53,133 nt of DNA, from positions 1-53,133 of the forward strand of contig NW_024705340.1 in assembly GCF_018977255.1 (NCBI RefSeq), written 5' to 3'. Under the pieces are notes generated by a model. That model saw only the letters and a list, made by a program, of their open reading frames with translations. It did no database searches and had not been told where the DNA came from. Each line of letters begins with the position of its first letter. The first letter of the stretch is position 1. The DNA is from Callorhinchus milii. Lineage: Eukaryota. The translations under genes were made by a program, and so were the position numbers. Positions 39,799 to 52,105 of the stretch are shown one piece after another.

Positions 39799-42519
39799 TC
39801 ACCGGGCCGTTGAAGGGTGACTCCGTGTGACGTCACCGCCACTGACATCACCCCCCACATGCCGCGAGACCGATCCATTCAAAGAGGGGAGCGCATTTTT
39901 TTACATTACACAACATCACACAATATGCATAGAAAGTTACTATTTAACAACGTTTGACAATTTTCAAAATAAAAAAATGTATTTTCGGCTTAATTAATGG
40001 GCTAAAAAATGTTATATGGATTGCAGTATTTAAAAGATAGTGATTAAAGATGTATATCCTCACCCCGTGCAGTGTACTTGGTATCTCTCACTTACACAAC
40101 GCGACACTCATAAGAACGCCGGTGCGGGCTTTGGCCACACGGTGATTGCAGTGAGTGTGGAGCAAGTCGTTGTGTTTATTTGCTTTGCGAGTTACTTGGA
40201 AGAGCGGGGAAGCCCCTGGTGTTTGTGCTGCAACCCGGTTCGCAGTGTTTACCGCTGACTCACGAGGTAAGTGAAGGCGCCATTCGCGACATGCCTCGAT
40301 AGCGTGGACGGGAAGTCCGTATACCCCTGCCCGAGAGGCTATCACAGCGCGTGAATGTTAATGCGGTATAGGGACTTTCCGCCCACCCCCCCCCCCCCTT
40401 TAAGTCCAGACTAAACCTATACAAAATCTATTTGATAAAATATTGTTAAATATATATTTAAATTGGAGCACATGCTGTGTGTGTTGTGAGGGTCCCATCG
40501 TTTAGACAGCACGCTAAGTCCTCTAATGCCTGGTGAAAACCACTTTTTCATAGCAATCTTGACCCCTCTGATAGCTACACGGTTGATATCTATTGCTGTT
40601 GGTTAACGTCAGACTGGAACACCAATTTAACTTAATGTGGAAAAATCAATGGTGATTGATTTGTTTTCCTCTGACATTTCTGTCTGCAGAACACATTTTT
40701 ACACTGCCACCTTTACCTGCACTGAATAAGGGTCATTGCCCGAGACGTTTGTCAATTGGCGTTTTGTGATTTGTCCTTCGTCAGCACTATCGGGTTATCG
40801 CTGCCTCCACCATGGTGCTTGGATATTAAGCTTGAGCCCTGTCGAGCTATTTATCAGAGCACGATACTTACAATTTTTTTCCTGCATTTTTTTGCTCGTA
40901 TGTATTAGGAAAAGTCTGCGTCTCAGTGCGTACTGGCACACGGGCCTTTAAAATCGTACACAGCAGGAGTAGTCTTAAAGTTATAGACCCAAAATGATGG
41001 GATTTCCATCTTCCTATGACAGGGACAAGTGTATTCTGTGCCACAGTCTTCATTAAGTGGTGGTGCACACTCGCACGACGTCATGATGCACGTTTTGCCA
41101 AACCCTCAAAGACACTGCGGCTGGGTTGACCTTGGCCACGTGTACAGTTCTACAATTTGTAACCTGCTGTTACTCAACCGAGATAGCATCCAGCATAGTC
41201 CACTCGTGTTAATTAGGTTACATTTACATAAATTATCAATGATTGTCACGATCACTTTGGCAGGGTTGTTACCCAACAAGGAGTGGACTAAAATGTTATC
41301 TCACAAGGAAAACCAGCCATCAAATGTTGATGGCAACATCGATAACATTCTGATGATGGGATTTGTTTGGCCAAAATTAAGCCACCATTGGTCAAATGAT
41401 GGGCCGGCTCTTCCCAATGCCACAAAGCCCTCCTCCCGTGCTGGTGACGAGTCACTGGATGTTGAATGTTGGGCCCATGGCACTCGTTTCGAAGGAAGCA
41501 CACAGCATGCGGTCTGGGGCCCAAGAACCGAACAGCTTACATAATTCTAGAAATTGTGTAACCTGAGATTTGTTCTAACTCCTAATTCCATAAGGTATTT
41601 ACGCGAAATAAATATCATACCTTCTGTGGTAACTAAGGGCTGCTCGAGACACCCCTTAGTTCATCATTAGGTCCACACATGCGTACTCTTAAACAATACG
41701 GACACGCAAACAGACTATCACAAATACACAACACCAAATACACAACAACCACCACCGTGACATTACGGCGCTTGTGCCAGGCTAGGTGCACGAGACAGAC
41801 CCAGGTGTTGGTGTTGGCTGACTTGGCAAGACTGGCAGATACACACGCAGAGACACGCACCCAAACCTGCAAATACATGCGTGCACAATCACAAATAATG
41901 TCATAATTAGACACATTTTCCACATACTGTATAGGCATTTAACAAACTCTGAGCTAGTTCACGTGAAGGCCGACACGGCGTACGATAGTTACATACATCG
42001 ATATACACAAACACTCAGGCACGAACATAAATCAGAATCTGATGAGCTATGCAACTCTTTTTCACGGATTTCCAGTAGGGGCACAGTCAACATTCCCATG
42101 CAAAGTAACACACATGAGTGGCCGCACGCGCTCACAAATTCGCACAAATAAGTGCACACAAAATCACACATTGTTAACACATTCCTGCGGAGGGAGCTGG
42201 TAGGAACGTTGGGTTGCTCGGTCAATGGCCTGCAGGGTCAACGGCGGCGTGGTGTATTCCGCAAATCTGCCCGACTGTGAGGGCGGGCACAAGCCGGCGT
42301 GAGTAGGTGAAACGTTGAGTTTTATAAGGGCACCACGGGGTGACCAGCCCCTCCCCACCCAGCCCCACCCACCCTCCCCTCTCCACTCAGCCCCACCCCT
42401 CCCATTTTTGGATGCACGACGGACGGACACAATAATCCCCTGTGGGCTGGTGTAACCACGAGGTTCCTACCAGTAATAACATGGATATATTTGCAACACT
42501 CAGAACAATGGTGTCACAG

Positions 42520-43751
42520 CGGCCATATTGCACAGGGACTTCACGGTGGCCATGTTGCACAGGGTCTGAACGGTGGCCATGTTGCAAGGGGACTTTCACG
42601 GTGGCCATGTTGCATGGGGTCTGCACGGTGGCCATGTTGCAAGGGACTTTCACAGTGGCCATGTTGCATGGGGTCTGCACGGTGGCCATGTTGCAAGGGG
42701 ACTTTCACAGTGGCCATGTTGCATGGGGTCTGCACGGTGGCCATGTTGCAAGGGGACTTTCACGGTGGCCATGTTGCAAGGGGACTTTCACGTGGCCATG
42801 TTGCACAGGGTCTGCACGGTGGCCATGTTGCAAGGGGACTTTCACGGTGGCCATGTTGCAAGGGGACTTTCACAGTGGCCATGTAGCATGGGGTCTGCAC
42901 GGTGGCCATGTTGCAAGGGGACTTTTCACGGTGGCCATGTTGCACAGGGTCTGCACGGCGGCCATGTTGCAAGGGGACTTTCACGGTGGCCATGTTGCAA
43001 GGGGACTTTCCCGGTGGCCATGTTGCACAGGGTCTGAACGGTGGCCATGTTGCAAGGGGACTTTCACGGTGGCCATGTTGCAAGGGGACTCTCACGGTGG
43101 CCATGTTGCAAGGGGACCTTCACGGTGGCCATGGTGCATGGGGTCTGCACGTGGCCATGTTGCAAGGGGACTTTCACAGTGGCCATGTTGCATGGGGTCT
43201 GCACGGTGGCCATGTTGCAAGGGGACTTTCACAGTGGCCATGTTGCATGGGGTCTGCACGGTGGCCATGTTGCAAGGGGACTTTCACGGTGGCCATGTTG
43301 CAAGGGACTTCACGGTGGCCATGTTGCACAGGGTCTGCACGGTGGCCATGTTGCAAGGGGACTTTCACGGTGGCCATGTTGCAAGGGGACTTTCACAGTG
43401 GCCATGTAGCATGGGGTCTGCACGGTGGCCATGTTGCAAGGGGACTTTCACGGTGGCCATGTTGCACAGGGTCTGCACGGCGGCCATGTTGCAAGGGGAC
43501 TTTCACGGTGGCCATGTTGCAAGGGGACTTCACGGTGGCCATGTTGCACAGGGTCTGAACGGTGGCCATGTTGCAAGGGGACTTTCACGGTGGCCATGTT
43601 GCAAGGGGACTTTCACGGTGGCCATGTTGCATTGCAGGGTCTGAACGGTGGCCATGTTGCAAGGGGACTTTCACGGTGGCCATGTTGCATGGGGTCTGCA
43701 CGGTGGCCATGTTGCATGGGGACTTTTACGGCGGCCATGTTGCATAGGGAC
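42520..43751. repeat. Minisatellite, ~44 units of 27-28 bp
   Basis: Constant GGTGGCCATGTTGCA followed by AGGGGACTTTCAC, TGGGGTCTGCAC or CAGGGTCTG(C/A)AC. Confidence 0.97.
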
Positions 43752-45235
43752 TGGGGTGAGTTCAATGCCCATTGCGTTTACGAGAGAAGTTGGCTATTAT
43801 TGAACAAGTTGGCTCTTATTTCTTTAGGACGCCAAAAGCCTCATAACGGCGAGGAGTTTATGGGAATTGTGCGGTTTCCTCCAATTGACTGGATTTGTAC
43901 ACAAGGCTCAGCGAGACGGTACCCAGACGTGAGCTCCTTTTATGCGTTGGCAGCTTAATAGGTCGTTCAATAGAAACGCGTTCTCTGGGGCGCCCTGCCT
44001 ATTGAACGCACCCAGGGGCGCAACCAATGGGGTATGTGGCAGCGTTATGCGATGCATAGGGGCCCAGTAGGCAACACGGGAGGGCCATACTCGACAGATG
44101 AACAAGTTACAAAGAAAATATTTTTTTTAATTCCGACAATTCACCATGAATGCCAAAACACATTGTTACAAATTAAACAAATATTTCCGAAAAATAACAG
44201 GCGTAAAATAGTGTAGCGCTAACTGGTGTTTGTCATTGATCACCAGAATATTTTGCTCACCCACATGCGCAAGAACACTTAATTGGGGGTATTGTACCTT
44301 TAAATCGTTATTATACCTTTAAATCGTGATTATTAATACTGTCACTGTGAGACTGTCTTCCTCTCAACCCAATACACGGTTGCAACTAAAATAACAAAGT
44401 TGTAGCCTAATATTATTGTATACGTGTTAAAAACATCCGTAGTAGCTATAGGTCGTTCCGCTGTATAAAGAGGATATAATGAATCCGCGACAATGAATGA
44501 TCAATTATGTTAATGAGGGAAGCCAATCAGCGTCAAGGAGCGGTCGAACGTGTGGCTTTTTCGATCCACAAATCGTCTCTTTTGAGCCAAAAATAACGTC
44601 ACACAGAATCAATTTACTGTACCGATTTTTAAAAATTGTATTCAAAATGTCAAAGCTCGATCCATGCTCTAACGCTTTTCGAAAAAAATCGATCTATTCC
44701 CGAAAAAATCGATCGATTCCCGTTTAATCGAGCATTGCATCGTTAAAATGCATAGATTCCTGTTCTAGTATTCCTTTAATGGGCATAGCCACGAAACAAA
44801 TTATTGCATGGGCCTAAAGCATTAACATAATTTATCATTAATTATTTCGCGTATTCATTGTATCCTCTTGCAGCGCCCCTGAAGGCACCCTCAGGTGTAA
44901 CGAGAGTCACGATGTAATCCCTAGCAACCACTGCCACCACTCGTCAATCTCGCTTGGATGTGCACGCTCTGCGTTTTGACCAACGTCACTGGACTTCTTG
45001 GTGACGTCTCTCACGAATTTGCTTGAGTATTTTTGTTGGTATCCCCGGTCCAGTGGAAAACCAGTAACCGTGGGACTATAATTTGACCTTTGACATGGGT
45101 GAACTAAAATCCCTGACCACACACTATTCTCAATGATTGGTGCATCGCCTGCTTGATAACGTGCGTCATTTCACATTATCCAGTGATGCTACCAACACAG
45201 TACCAGACAAGCACTTGAAGTGTGAAGTGTCATAG

Positions 45236-45505
45236 GTGCGTGGTGTGTGTTTGGACGGGGTGTTCGGTGGGTGGTGAGTGTCTGGTGACTGATGCAAATA
45301 GTGAATGCCTGGTAAGTGGCGCGTAGCGAGTGAGGCGTGGTGTCAGGTATGTATTGAGTGTGTCTGCGGAGGGAGTTGTGTCACGTGAGTAGTGAGTAGT
45401 CAATGGTGAGTGAGCGGTGAGAGTCGAGTGAGTGTCTGGTGACTGTAAGAGGCATGGTGAATGTCTGGTGAGTTGTCAGGTATATTTAGTAGTAGTGAGT
45501 GTGCC
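45236..45505 (+). repeat. GT/GTGAGT-rich low-complexity tract in the presumed first intron of cytochrome c
   Basis: Strong G/T bias with multiple GTGAGT hexamers. Confidence 0.5.
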
Positions 45506-45577
45506 TGATGAGTTCATGGTGCTGACGAGAGAAAACATGTGCGACATGGAAATTCTGGAAATGAATAATTATATTAA

Positions 45578-45979
45578 TGGGATCTTTTTGCCGGTATCAA
45601 AAATTATGAAAAATAAGAATATTTTGTACCCTTTTCGGCAATAAAACAGGTGTTAAGATGTTCAAACACCAAAATAGATACCTTTTCTAAGGCATCAAGT
45701 CTGCATTAACCATACATACTTGTGACAAAACGTGAAAAAGAACATGCTCTGATAATTGATGCATTGTCCTTGAAACTGATTGGCCTACACCAGAGACAGC
45801 CTTCTCAATGGCCTTGTCTCACCAGTGATAGAGCAGAGAACGCCAAAGGCGAACAGGATAAAGACGATGCAAGTATCGAAACTCTTACAGATCGGGTCGA
45901 GCAGTTATATCTATGGGACCTTTTTTCAAGTATCAAAAACGATTAATAATAAGAATATATTGTACCCTTTCCGGCAATA
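45578..45979 (+). repeat. Two ~65-bp direct repeats (45578-45643, 45914-45979); third partial copy at ~39226-39272
   Basis: TGGGA(T/C)CTTTTT..GTATCAAAA..AATAAGAATAT.TTGTACCCTTT.CGGCAATA. Confidence 0.7.
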
Positions 45980-46009
45980 CAAATTTAATTCCCTGTTTTA
46001 TGCAGAGCG

Positions 46010-46572
46010 ATGGCAGATGTGGAGAAGGGCAAGAAAGTGTTTGTGCAGAAATGCTCGCAGTGTCACACCGTTGAGAGTGGCGGCAAGCACAAGACTGGGC
46101 CCAATTTGTGGGGCCTCTTTGGTCGCAAGACGGGCCAGGCTCCAGGCTATTCGTACACTGATGCCAACAAGTCGAAGGGTATGTAATTTGCCATTTCATC
46201 ACATTCCCACTCCCAATTGACCCTTGACCTTGTGGACGAGGAGGGAGACTTAAGCAGTAACTTGGTGATGAAGTCGCACGCTAAAGTGCGATCCAAGTAA
46301 AGTTTAAATGTGAACATAATAAAGGCTGTGGACACCTCAAATCGTATTGTCAAACATCTTGTATTTTTGTATCTCTGTTGGTATAATTTAACGTGTGTAT
46401 CTGCTTTACACTGATATATCAAGGAATCACCTGGGAGGAAGATACACTCTATGTCTACTTGGAGAACCCAAAGAAGTACATCCCTGGCACGAAGATGATC
46501 TTCTCGGGAATAAAGAAAAAAGACGAGCGTAACAACCTGATTGCTTACTTGAAGAAAAGTACATCGGAGTAA
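46010..46572 (+). CDS. cycs: Cytochrome c (105 aa), join(46010..46178, 46424..46572)
   Basis: [105 protein letters not shown]. CxxCH heme motif, invariant [11 protein letters not shown] with the Met80 ligand. 245-nt phase-1 intron (GTATGT...AAG) in the Gly56 codon, as in vertebrate CYCS. Acceptor TTTTATGCAG 4 nt before the ATG implies an upstream non-coding exon. The C-terminus KKSTSE is lamprey-like. Confidence 0.97.
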
Positions 46573-47815
46573 GCGATGAAGTCTACCGATGAACATGAAC
46601 TATTCTTATAAAAGCCTTTATTTAACATATTCACTCTTTCAAGTCTCGCCTAATGGACTTATCGTGGAATTACTGTAAGAGCAAATAATGTCTGACACTA
46701 TTTAATATATGCACATAGGGCGTTGTATTTCTCTGGCTTAAAACTACAATTTTTTTGCCAGTGGTTTATGGTATGCTTTTAACATTTTCTATTCCTGCAA
46801 CATGTGTTTTAATTGCTTGAAGCAGATGTAAACAGATTTCATGTACAGTGAAATCTCTCGAAGCCAGAGTAACAATGGAGAGAGTTGCCTGGTTTTGGGG
46901 TATGCCTGGCATATTGAAACTAAGCAAATAATACTTAAAGTTTCATTTTATTTAACCGGAACACCCAACACGTCTAATGGACTTGTTATAACGTAATACA
47001 ACATAGCTACATATTATACAATTTCGTAACACTTATAAAAAATCACGCCGTGTACTGTACAGTGTTATCTGCGTCACCATCACTCTGAGGCAAAGGTGGA
47101 AGGCTGAATATATTTTCGAATGAGTTTCATGTAATTAATTTTATTTCTAAAGTGTGAAGTAAATGCTTGAGAGCACTAACAGTAAATGGACCTGCACAAG
47201 CGGGCAAGGTCACTGAATTCCATATGACAGATAAGATAAGTACTGTATTGTAGCTTTAGAATTGCTAGTGCGCATGTGCTTACCCAGAACTCTGCCTTAT
47301 TCAAGTCTGGCTTTGTGATGTTTTACTATTGTTTTGGCATATTGTGGTTTGAATGTTTGCGTTCGTTTTATAAGTTTTTTTTTATGATTCCCTATGTAAA
47401 ACTAAGAGTACTCCTTGTGTTGTTTTGTTAGTATTTTGGCTGCCATATAAACACTACTGTTGCACAGTTTCATGCGATGTCTATGGAATGATACTTTCAT
47501 TAGAACTATTATCAAAGTCCATAAAAAATACAATTCAACCCTTTTTGGGTCATCCACACAGTAAAAATTAGTGTGCGACATTGCGAATTAGTAAACGCAT
47601 TTGTTGTATAGTAATTGGGAATGAAAGGCCCATTTGTATTTGTGTGATAGTGCACAGGATTCAGCACTTTGAGTTTGTTGGATGGGTTTTTGTGAAAAGC
47701 TGAGAGTTGGCAGCAGTAAGATGGTGTTAAATGTTTAAAATTACAGTACATCGAGACACTTAATGTTCGACATTAACCATGTTTAACTTATGAGTCCTTT
47801 GTTATTTTTCAAGAT

Positions 47816-47828
47816 AATAAAAAATAAA
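47816..47828 (+). terminator. Candidate cytochrome c polyadenylation signals (two adjacent AATAAA)
   Basis: AATAAAAAATAAA ~1.25 kb after the stop codon, with T/GT-rich sequence downstream. Confidence 0.35.
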
Positions 47829-49774
47829 GGCTTCGAGAAACTGTTCTTATTAATCGGTATATGTTTAGAAACGCATTCTTGATAGTGAATTTACTTGAAT
47901 GGTTGTTTTTTTTTACCTTGCGAATCACTGAACTCTGCTGAGTGGCATTGACGAATCAAGTCTTAACAGCTGGACAGCATTAATAGTTGATGCATTTGGC
48001 ACTGCCCCGATGTGTGCAGGGCTGACAGTTGATTTCTACCTCTTGGTTATTTCTGAGAGGAGTTGCTGAAACGGGTTTTTTTGCAGCAAAACATACTGCA
48101 AATTTCGATATGAAATCCACTGCTGGATAAAGGCCTCCCTGTACAATGTCAGTTACTGGATTTGTTTCAACTCACGGCGCTGGTCAGTGTGGTCTTGAGG
48201 GGTGAGGTCCAGGGCTAGTGCGCAGATATCACTCACCGCCTAATATTAGCTCTGGTGAAGAATCGAACTCAGGTCGCGAGATGAATAGTGCAGGCAATGA
48301 ACCACCGTGCATGCCACTGCTCCAGTTCACCACCCATATGGAAATTAAGATCAAGCCGTTGTGTGTCACTGCTTATAGCAGAAATTCCAACGTCAATATA
48401 TGTACTGTATATATAAAGTATATATTAGTATGATTGGCAATATTTCCCCTGTAAAGGATATCGCTGACAGTGGGTTTGAACCTGAAAATCATAAATATGC
48501 ATATACTGAGAAAATAATGCCATGGAAAGTTACTGAAAATGACAGGATTCATGTGTTTTTGTAAGGATATATGGAGGGTGAAGACCTTTTGTACAGTCTG
48601 GAAGCTGTAGAGCTGCTGTACATGCTTCTCAGATTTGTCTTCCATCTGGACAGTATTTGGAAACCTTTCCTGAAGTTGGTAATTTATTGCTGTAATACAC
48701 CAGCAGGTATGGCATTTTTTAAACTCTCAATCACTTCAGGATTCTTTCAGCACCAAGAAATCAACACTTTTAAACATACCCTACTGGCTTACATAATGTA
48801 AGCTACATATTATTTGTAATGCCTTTATGGGAACAAATATTTTTTAACGAAGTTCAGAAAGTGTCGTTGAAAATAGTCTTAATATGAAGTCCCGTGCCAA
48901 TGCTGTGGATGAGTCTGATAATGTTTTGGGATAATTCTAATAATCCCTGTAGACTGTCAGCTTAAGGTGGGCTCAAAGTGTTTTGAAAATACTTCTTCCT
49001 TGTCTTCCATCCTTTCTTAAGTTAACGCACGATATTGTTAAGTAGCAATTTCAGTTAATTTATGTAACTATAGCACGCGTGTGGCAACGTTATATGAAGG
49101 CATCTCCAGAGTCCCTTCAGGGTTCACAGACAAAACGGTAACTTTAAATAGGCCGTCCAGAATATAAACTATTGCAATATTCATATCATCTCAAACATTA
49201 TTCCGAATCAAACATTGCTTCATTTCAATATTGTTTTTAGTTATAAATGGTCTTAGTTATTGGTGAGTTTTTGTAATCGCCGGACTCCATAACAAATAAA
49301 CCAAAAATACCAATATTTGTCTTTGTGGTTCATTCGACAGAGTAAATAAAATAGTTACAAGTGTAAAGTGCTGTTGTGCCTCAATAGCTGCAGCTCCGAC
49401 ACGAATTATTTCCTAAAGGATAATACCGAAATTGGTGGACAATGCGTAGTGTCTCAATCCAATAACTCTTTCGGGTTACTTTAACTCTATGTAGCATGTG
49501 CTACTTTCTGAAATTAGGAATAATGCGTTTCTAAGCGATGCCAAATAATTTAATAAGATGGAAAATATCAACAAAAATAGAGGAAATTAAATGACAGTAA
49601 GTAAAGTGTTGACTGCGCGATGGTCCAAGTTTGCCTCTTTATTTGTATTTACTTAATTGGACAACAGCAATCGTCTCCCCCATTACATAGCACGTATCAA
49701 GACCTTGCAAACATAGTCTTGAGGTTCGGTAAACAAGAGTAATTGTAATATAAAATGTAAATACCAACTGTATT

Positions 49775-49985
49775 ATGTATGTTAAACCAATCGTGCTAAT
49801 TGGAGATGCGGGGGAAGGAAGACATTACACAAAAGCAGTTTTTAAGAAAATAGTTTCCAATCTAGATTTAAAAGTCCATAACTCCAGGGGCCTTCTAATA
49901 TCGGAAGAAAGAGCGTTCCAGATGGCCACAGAAGCGCATCTGAAAGCGCGCGATGCAGTGACCACCGTCTTTGTTTGATGGCAGT
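49775..49985 (-). mobile_element. 3' end of an L2/CR1-group LINE (ORF2 C-terminus plus tail)
   Basis: Minus strand reads ..SRAFRCASVAIWNALSSDIRRPLELWTFKSRLETIFLKTAFV*, the typical RAF..WN.L..R..FK..L terminus, followed by TCCTTCCCCGCATCTCCAATTAGCACG..CATACATA. Confidence 0.75.
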
Positions 49986-50585
49986 CAGCCGTGGGGAGGA
50001 CAAAGTAAAGACATCGTCAGTACAGTATAGACATAATTGTTTACTCTTCTTATTAGGCCCTTGAGGCACAAGACGGCATCATGCAAAGCATGGGGAGTGC
50101 AGTAAGGCTCTGGTCATGTCACATTTTTCTGTCTCGAAATGACCCTTTTCATGTATTATTCATCGTTTGTTTCCAGCCTGCACTCAGCTTTTCTATCTGA
50201 TGAGTTTGTGTCATCAAATACTGAAAGTGTTCGATTTGGTTTGTTGCGTACTTTCTTTGTAAGTTGTTGCATCACCGACTGTGCCTACCTTATGTACACT
50301 GAGACGATCTCTGAGTGTCATCTGGTCATTTCGGTGACGAGTTTGCTCGGTCATACACCAGTTTGTTTCCTCAGCTCTGCACACATCATCTCCCCTCTTT
50401 CCAAAATACATAAAAGAAAAGTGATGGCACATTTAATAGATTGGCCAGCGCAAAATGTGGTACCGCTTTATAATTACAGTACCAATTTATATGGCCAATA
50501 CGATAGAATAATTTGATAACCCACTACTTCCAAATGCTCTCTGGTTCTTTCGGTAAAGTCACGTAGATAGAAAAAATAAAGAAAA

Positions 50586-50626
50586 CACGACGTTTCGGTC
50601 GCAACACAAGCGTCCGTCTTCAGGTG
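50586..50626 (-). ncRNA. Minimal type-I hammerhead ribozyme motif in the Penelope pLTR
   Basis: Minus strand reads CAC-CUGAAGA-C-GGACGC-UUGUGUU-GCGACC-GAAA-CGUC-GUG: conserved core, stem II, palindromic ACGU in place of stem III, stem I CAC/GUG. Confidence 0.8.
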
Positions 50627-50835
50627 AGAAAAAATCATCTGCTGTTGTGGCTTTATATAGGCACGGGAGGGGGAGGGAAGGGGGGAGAGTTTGGCTGTGG
50701 GAGTTCACAGGGGAGAGGGGGAGGGTTTGTGGCGTGCATGGACGGGTGGGGCTGGGAATTAGCAAGTAAATGGACTTGTAGTACATGTAGTCATCGGACG
50801 ACGACAACCGGGTGGGTGAGTGAAAATCATAGCAG

Positions 50836-52105
50836 TTAAAACTTGACGCGGTTTATCACATCCTTCCAATGATTGCTCAATCTGAATCCATCTTCTCGAT
50901 TAAAGTTTTGTCTGTGTTTGTATATCTGGATGGCTTCATGAACAAATCTCTGATGGTGGCCCGAGGGTTTGCAGAGCACCTTGGTCTCGGAGAAAACAAT
51001 GTCACGTGTGCCCACAGCGTTGAAACAATGATCCGCCACCGCCGAGGAGTTGGTTCTGCCGTGTTTCAAATCCGCTTTGTGTTCGCGAACCCGGTCTGAG
51101 ACACGTCGCTTCGTTTCACCAATGTAACTGCTGCCGCAGACACAACTCAGCTTATAGACACCAGGACATTGCATGTCCGGAATCGCATCCTTCACCGATG
51201 GGATCAAATCACGGATTTTGTGTACTGTATTGAACCGAACTTGGATCTTGAGTTTGTTTAAGATTTTGGCAATCCTTTTGGTGACCCCTGCTATGTATGG
51301 TAAGGTGATGGTTTTGATTGGGTCCTCAGATGGTTCTCTACCCATGGTTGGGGATGCAGCTTTGCGGATTGTGCGGTCAGAATATCCATTCCTCCTGAGA
51401 GCCTGGCATACGTGTTCAAGCTCACTGGCTAGGTGGTGCTGGTCGGAGATGCAACGGGCCCTATGGTGTAGTGTTTTGATGAGGGAATTCTTCTGGGCTG
51501 GATGGTGGTGGGAGTCAGGCTTTAGATAGGAATCCGTGTGGGTGGCTTTCCTATAGACAGTGTCCCAACGAGCCATCAGGTCTCTTCTCGATCAAAACAT
51601 CCAGGAATGGTAGCTTGCCATCATTTTCCACTTCCATGGTGAATTTGATAGATGGGTGTATGGAATTGATGTGGTTGAGAAATTGGTGTTGTGCCATCCG
51701 GCCATGTGGCCAGATGACGAACGTGTCATCTACGTATCTCTTCCACAAGGAAGGACGTCGGGTGGATGTCTGGATGGCATCTGTCTCAAATTTCTCCATG
51801 AAAATGTTCGCTACCACTGGTGATAGGGGAGAGCCCATTGGGGTACCTTCATTCTGTTTGTAGAAAGTACCATTCCAGGTGAAGTAAGTGTTGGTAAGGC
51901 AGTGCCTTGCCAACCAAAGTACATCAGGATCCAATCCCTGTTGGACTAGGTCTTCAATGATTGCAATAGTATCAGGTACAGGTACCTTGGTGAAGAGGGA
52001 GACTACATCGAAACTGACAAGTAAATTATCCGGGGACAGTGATATGTCCTTGATTAGTGAAACCAAGTGGGCCGAATTAAGTACAGCTGAGGCGGTCTTT
52101 CTCAC
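50836..52105 (-). pseudogene. Penelope RT/GIY-YIG ORF broken by one frameshift at ~51560 and lacking its N-terminus
   Basis: ORFs 51551..52105 and 50836..51576 join as GSLGH(T)VYRK if 2 nt (CA) are restored in GGACAC[AC]TGTCTAT. Confidence 0.9.

Noticed and set aside
41029..41544. 171-aa ORF between the two genes
   Set aside because: GTG start, no recognisable domain and no consistent splice model.
42520..43751. CRISPR-like appearance (constant 15-mer with variable intervening sequence)
   Set aside because: The intervening segments are only 12-13 bp and are a few recurring variants, not unique spacers. No cas genes; eukaryotic context.
42387..43958. Long overlapping Cys/His-rich ORFs (up to 400 aa) on both strands
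   Set aside because: They are translations of the 27/28-bp minisatellite, open in several frames because the unit lacks stop codons. The frame shifts between units, so there is no coherent protein.
43964..44008. 10-bp stem hairpin CGTTCAATAG...CTATTGAACG
   Set aside because: Probably a transposon-end fragment; too little evidence to classify.
45780..46596. ORFs 45780..46220(+) and 46147..46596(-)
   Set aside because: Alternative-frame and antisense shadows of the cytochrome c exons.
48115..48139. Possible RTE-LINE 3' remnant (minus strand reads EAFIQQW)
   Set aside because: Only ~25 bp, with no adjoining homology visible.
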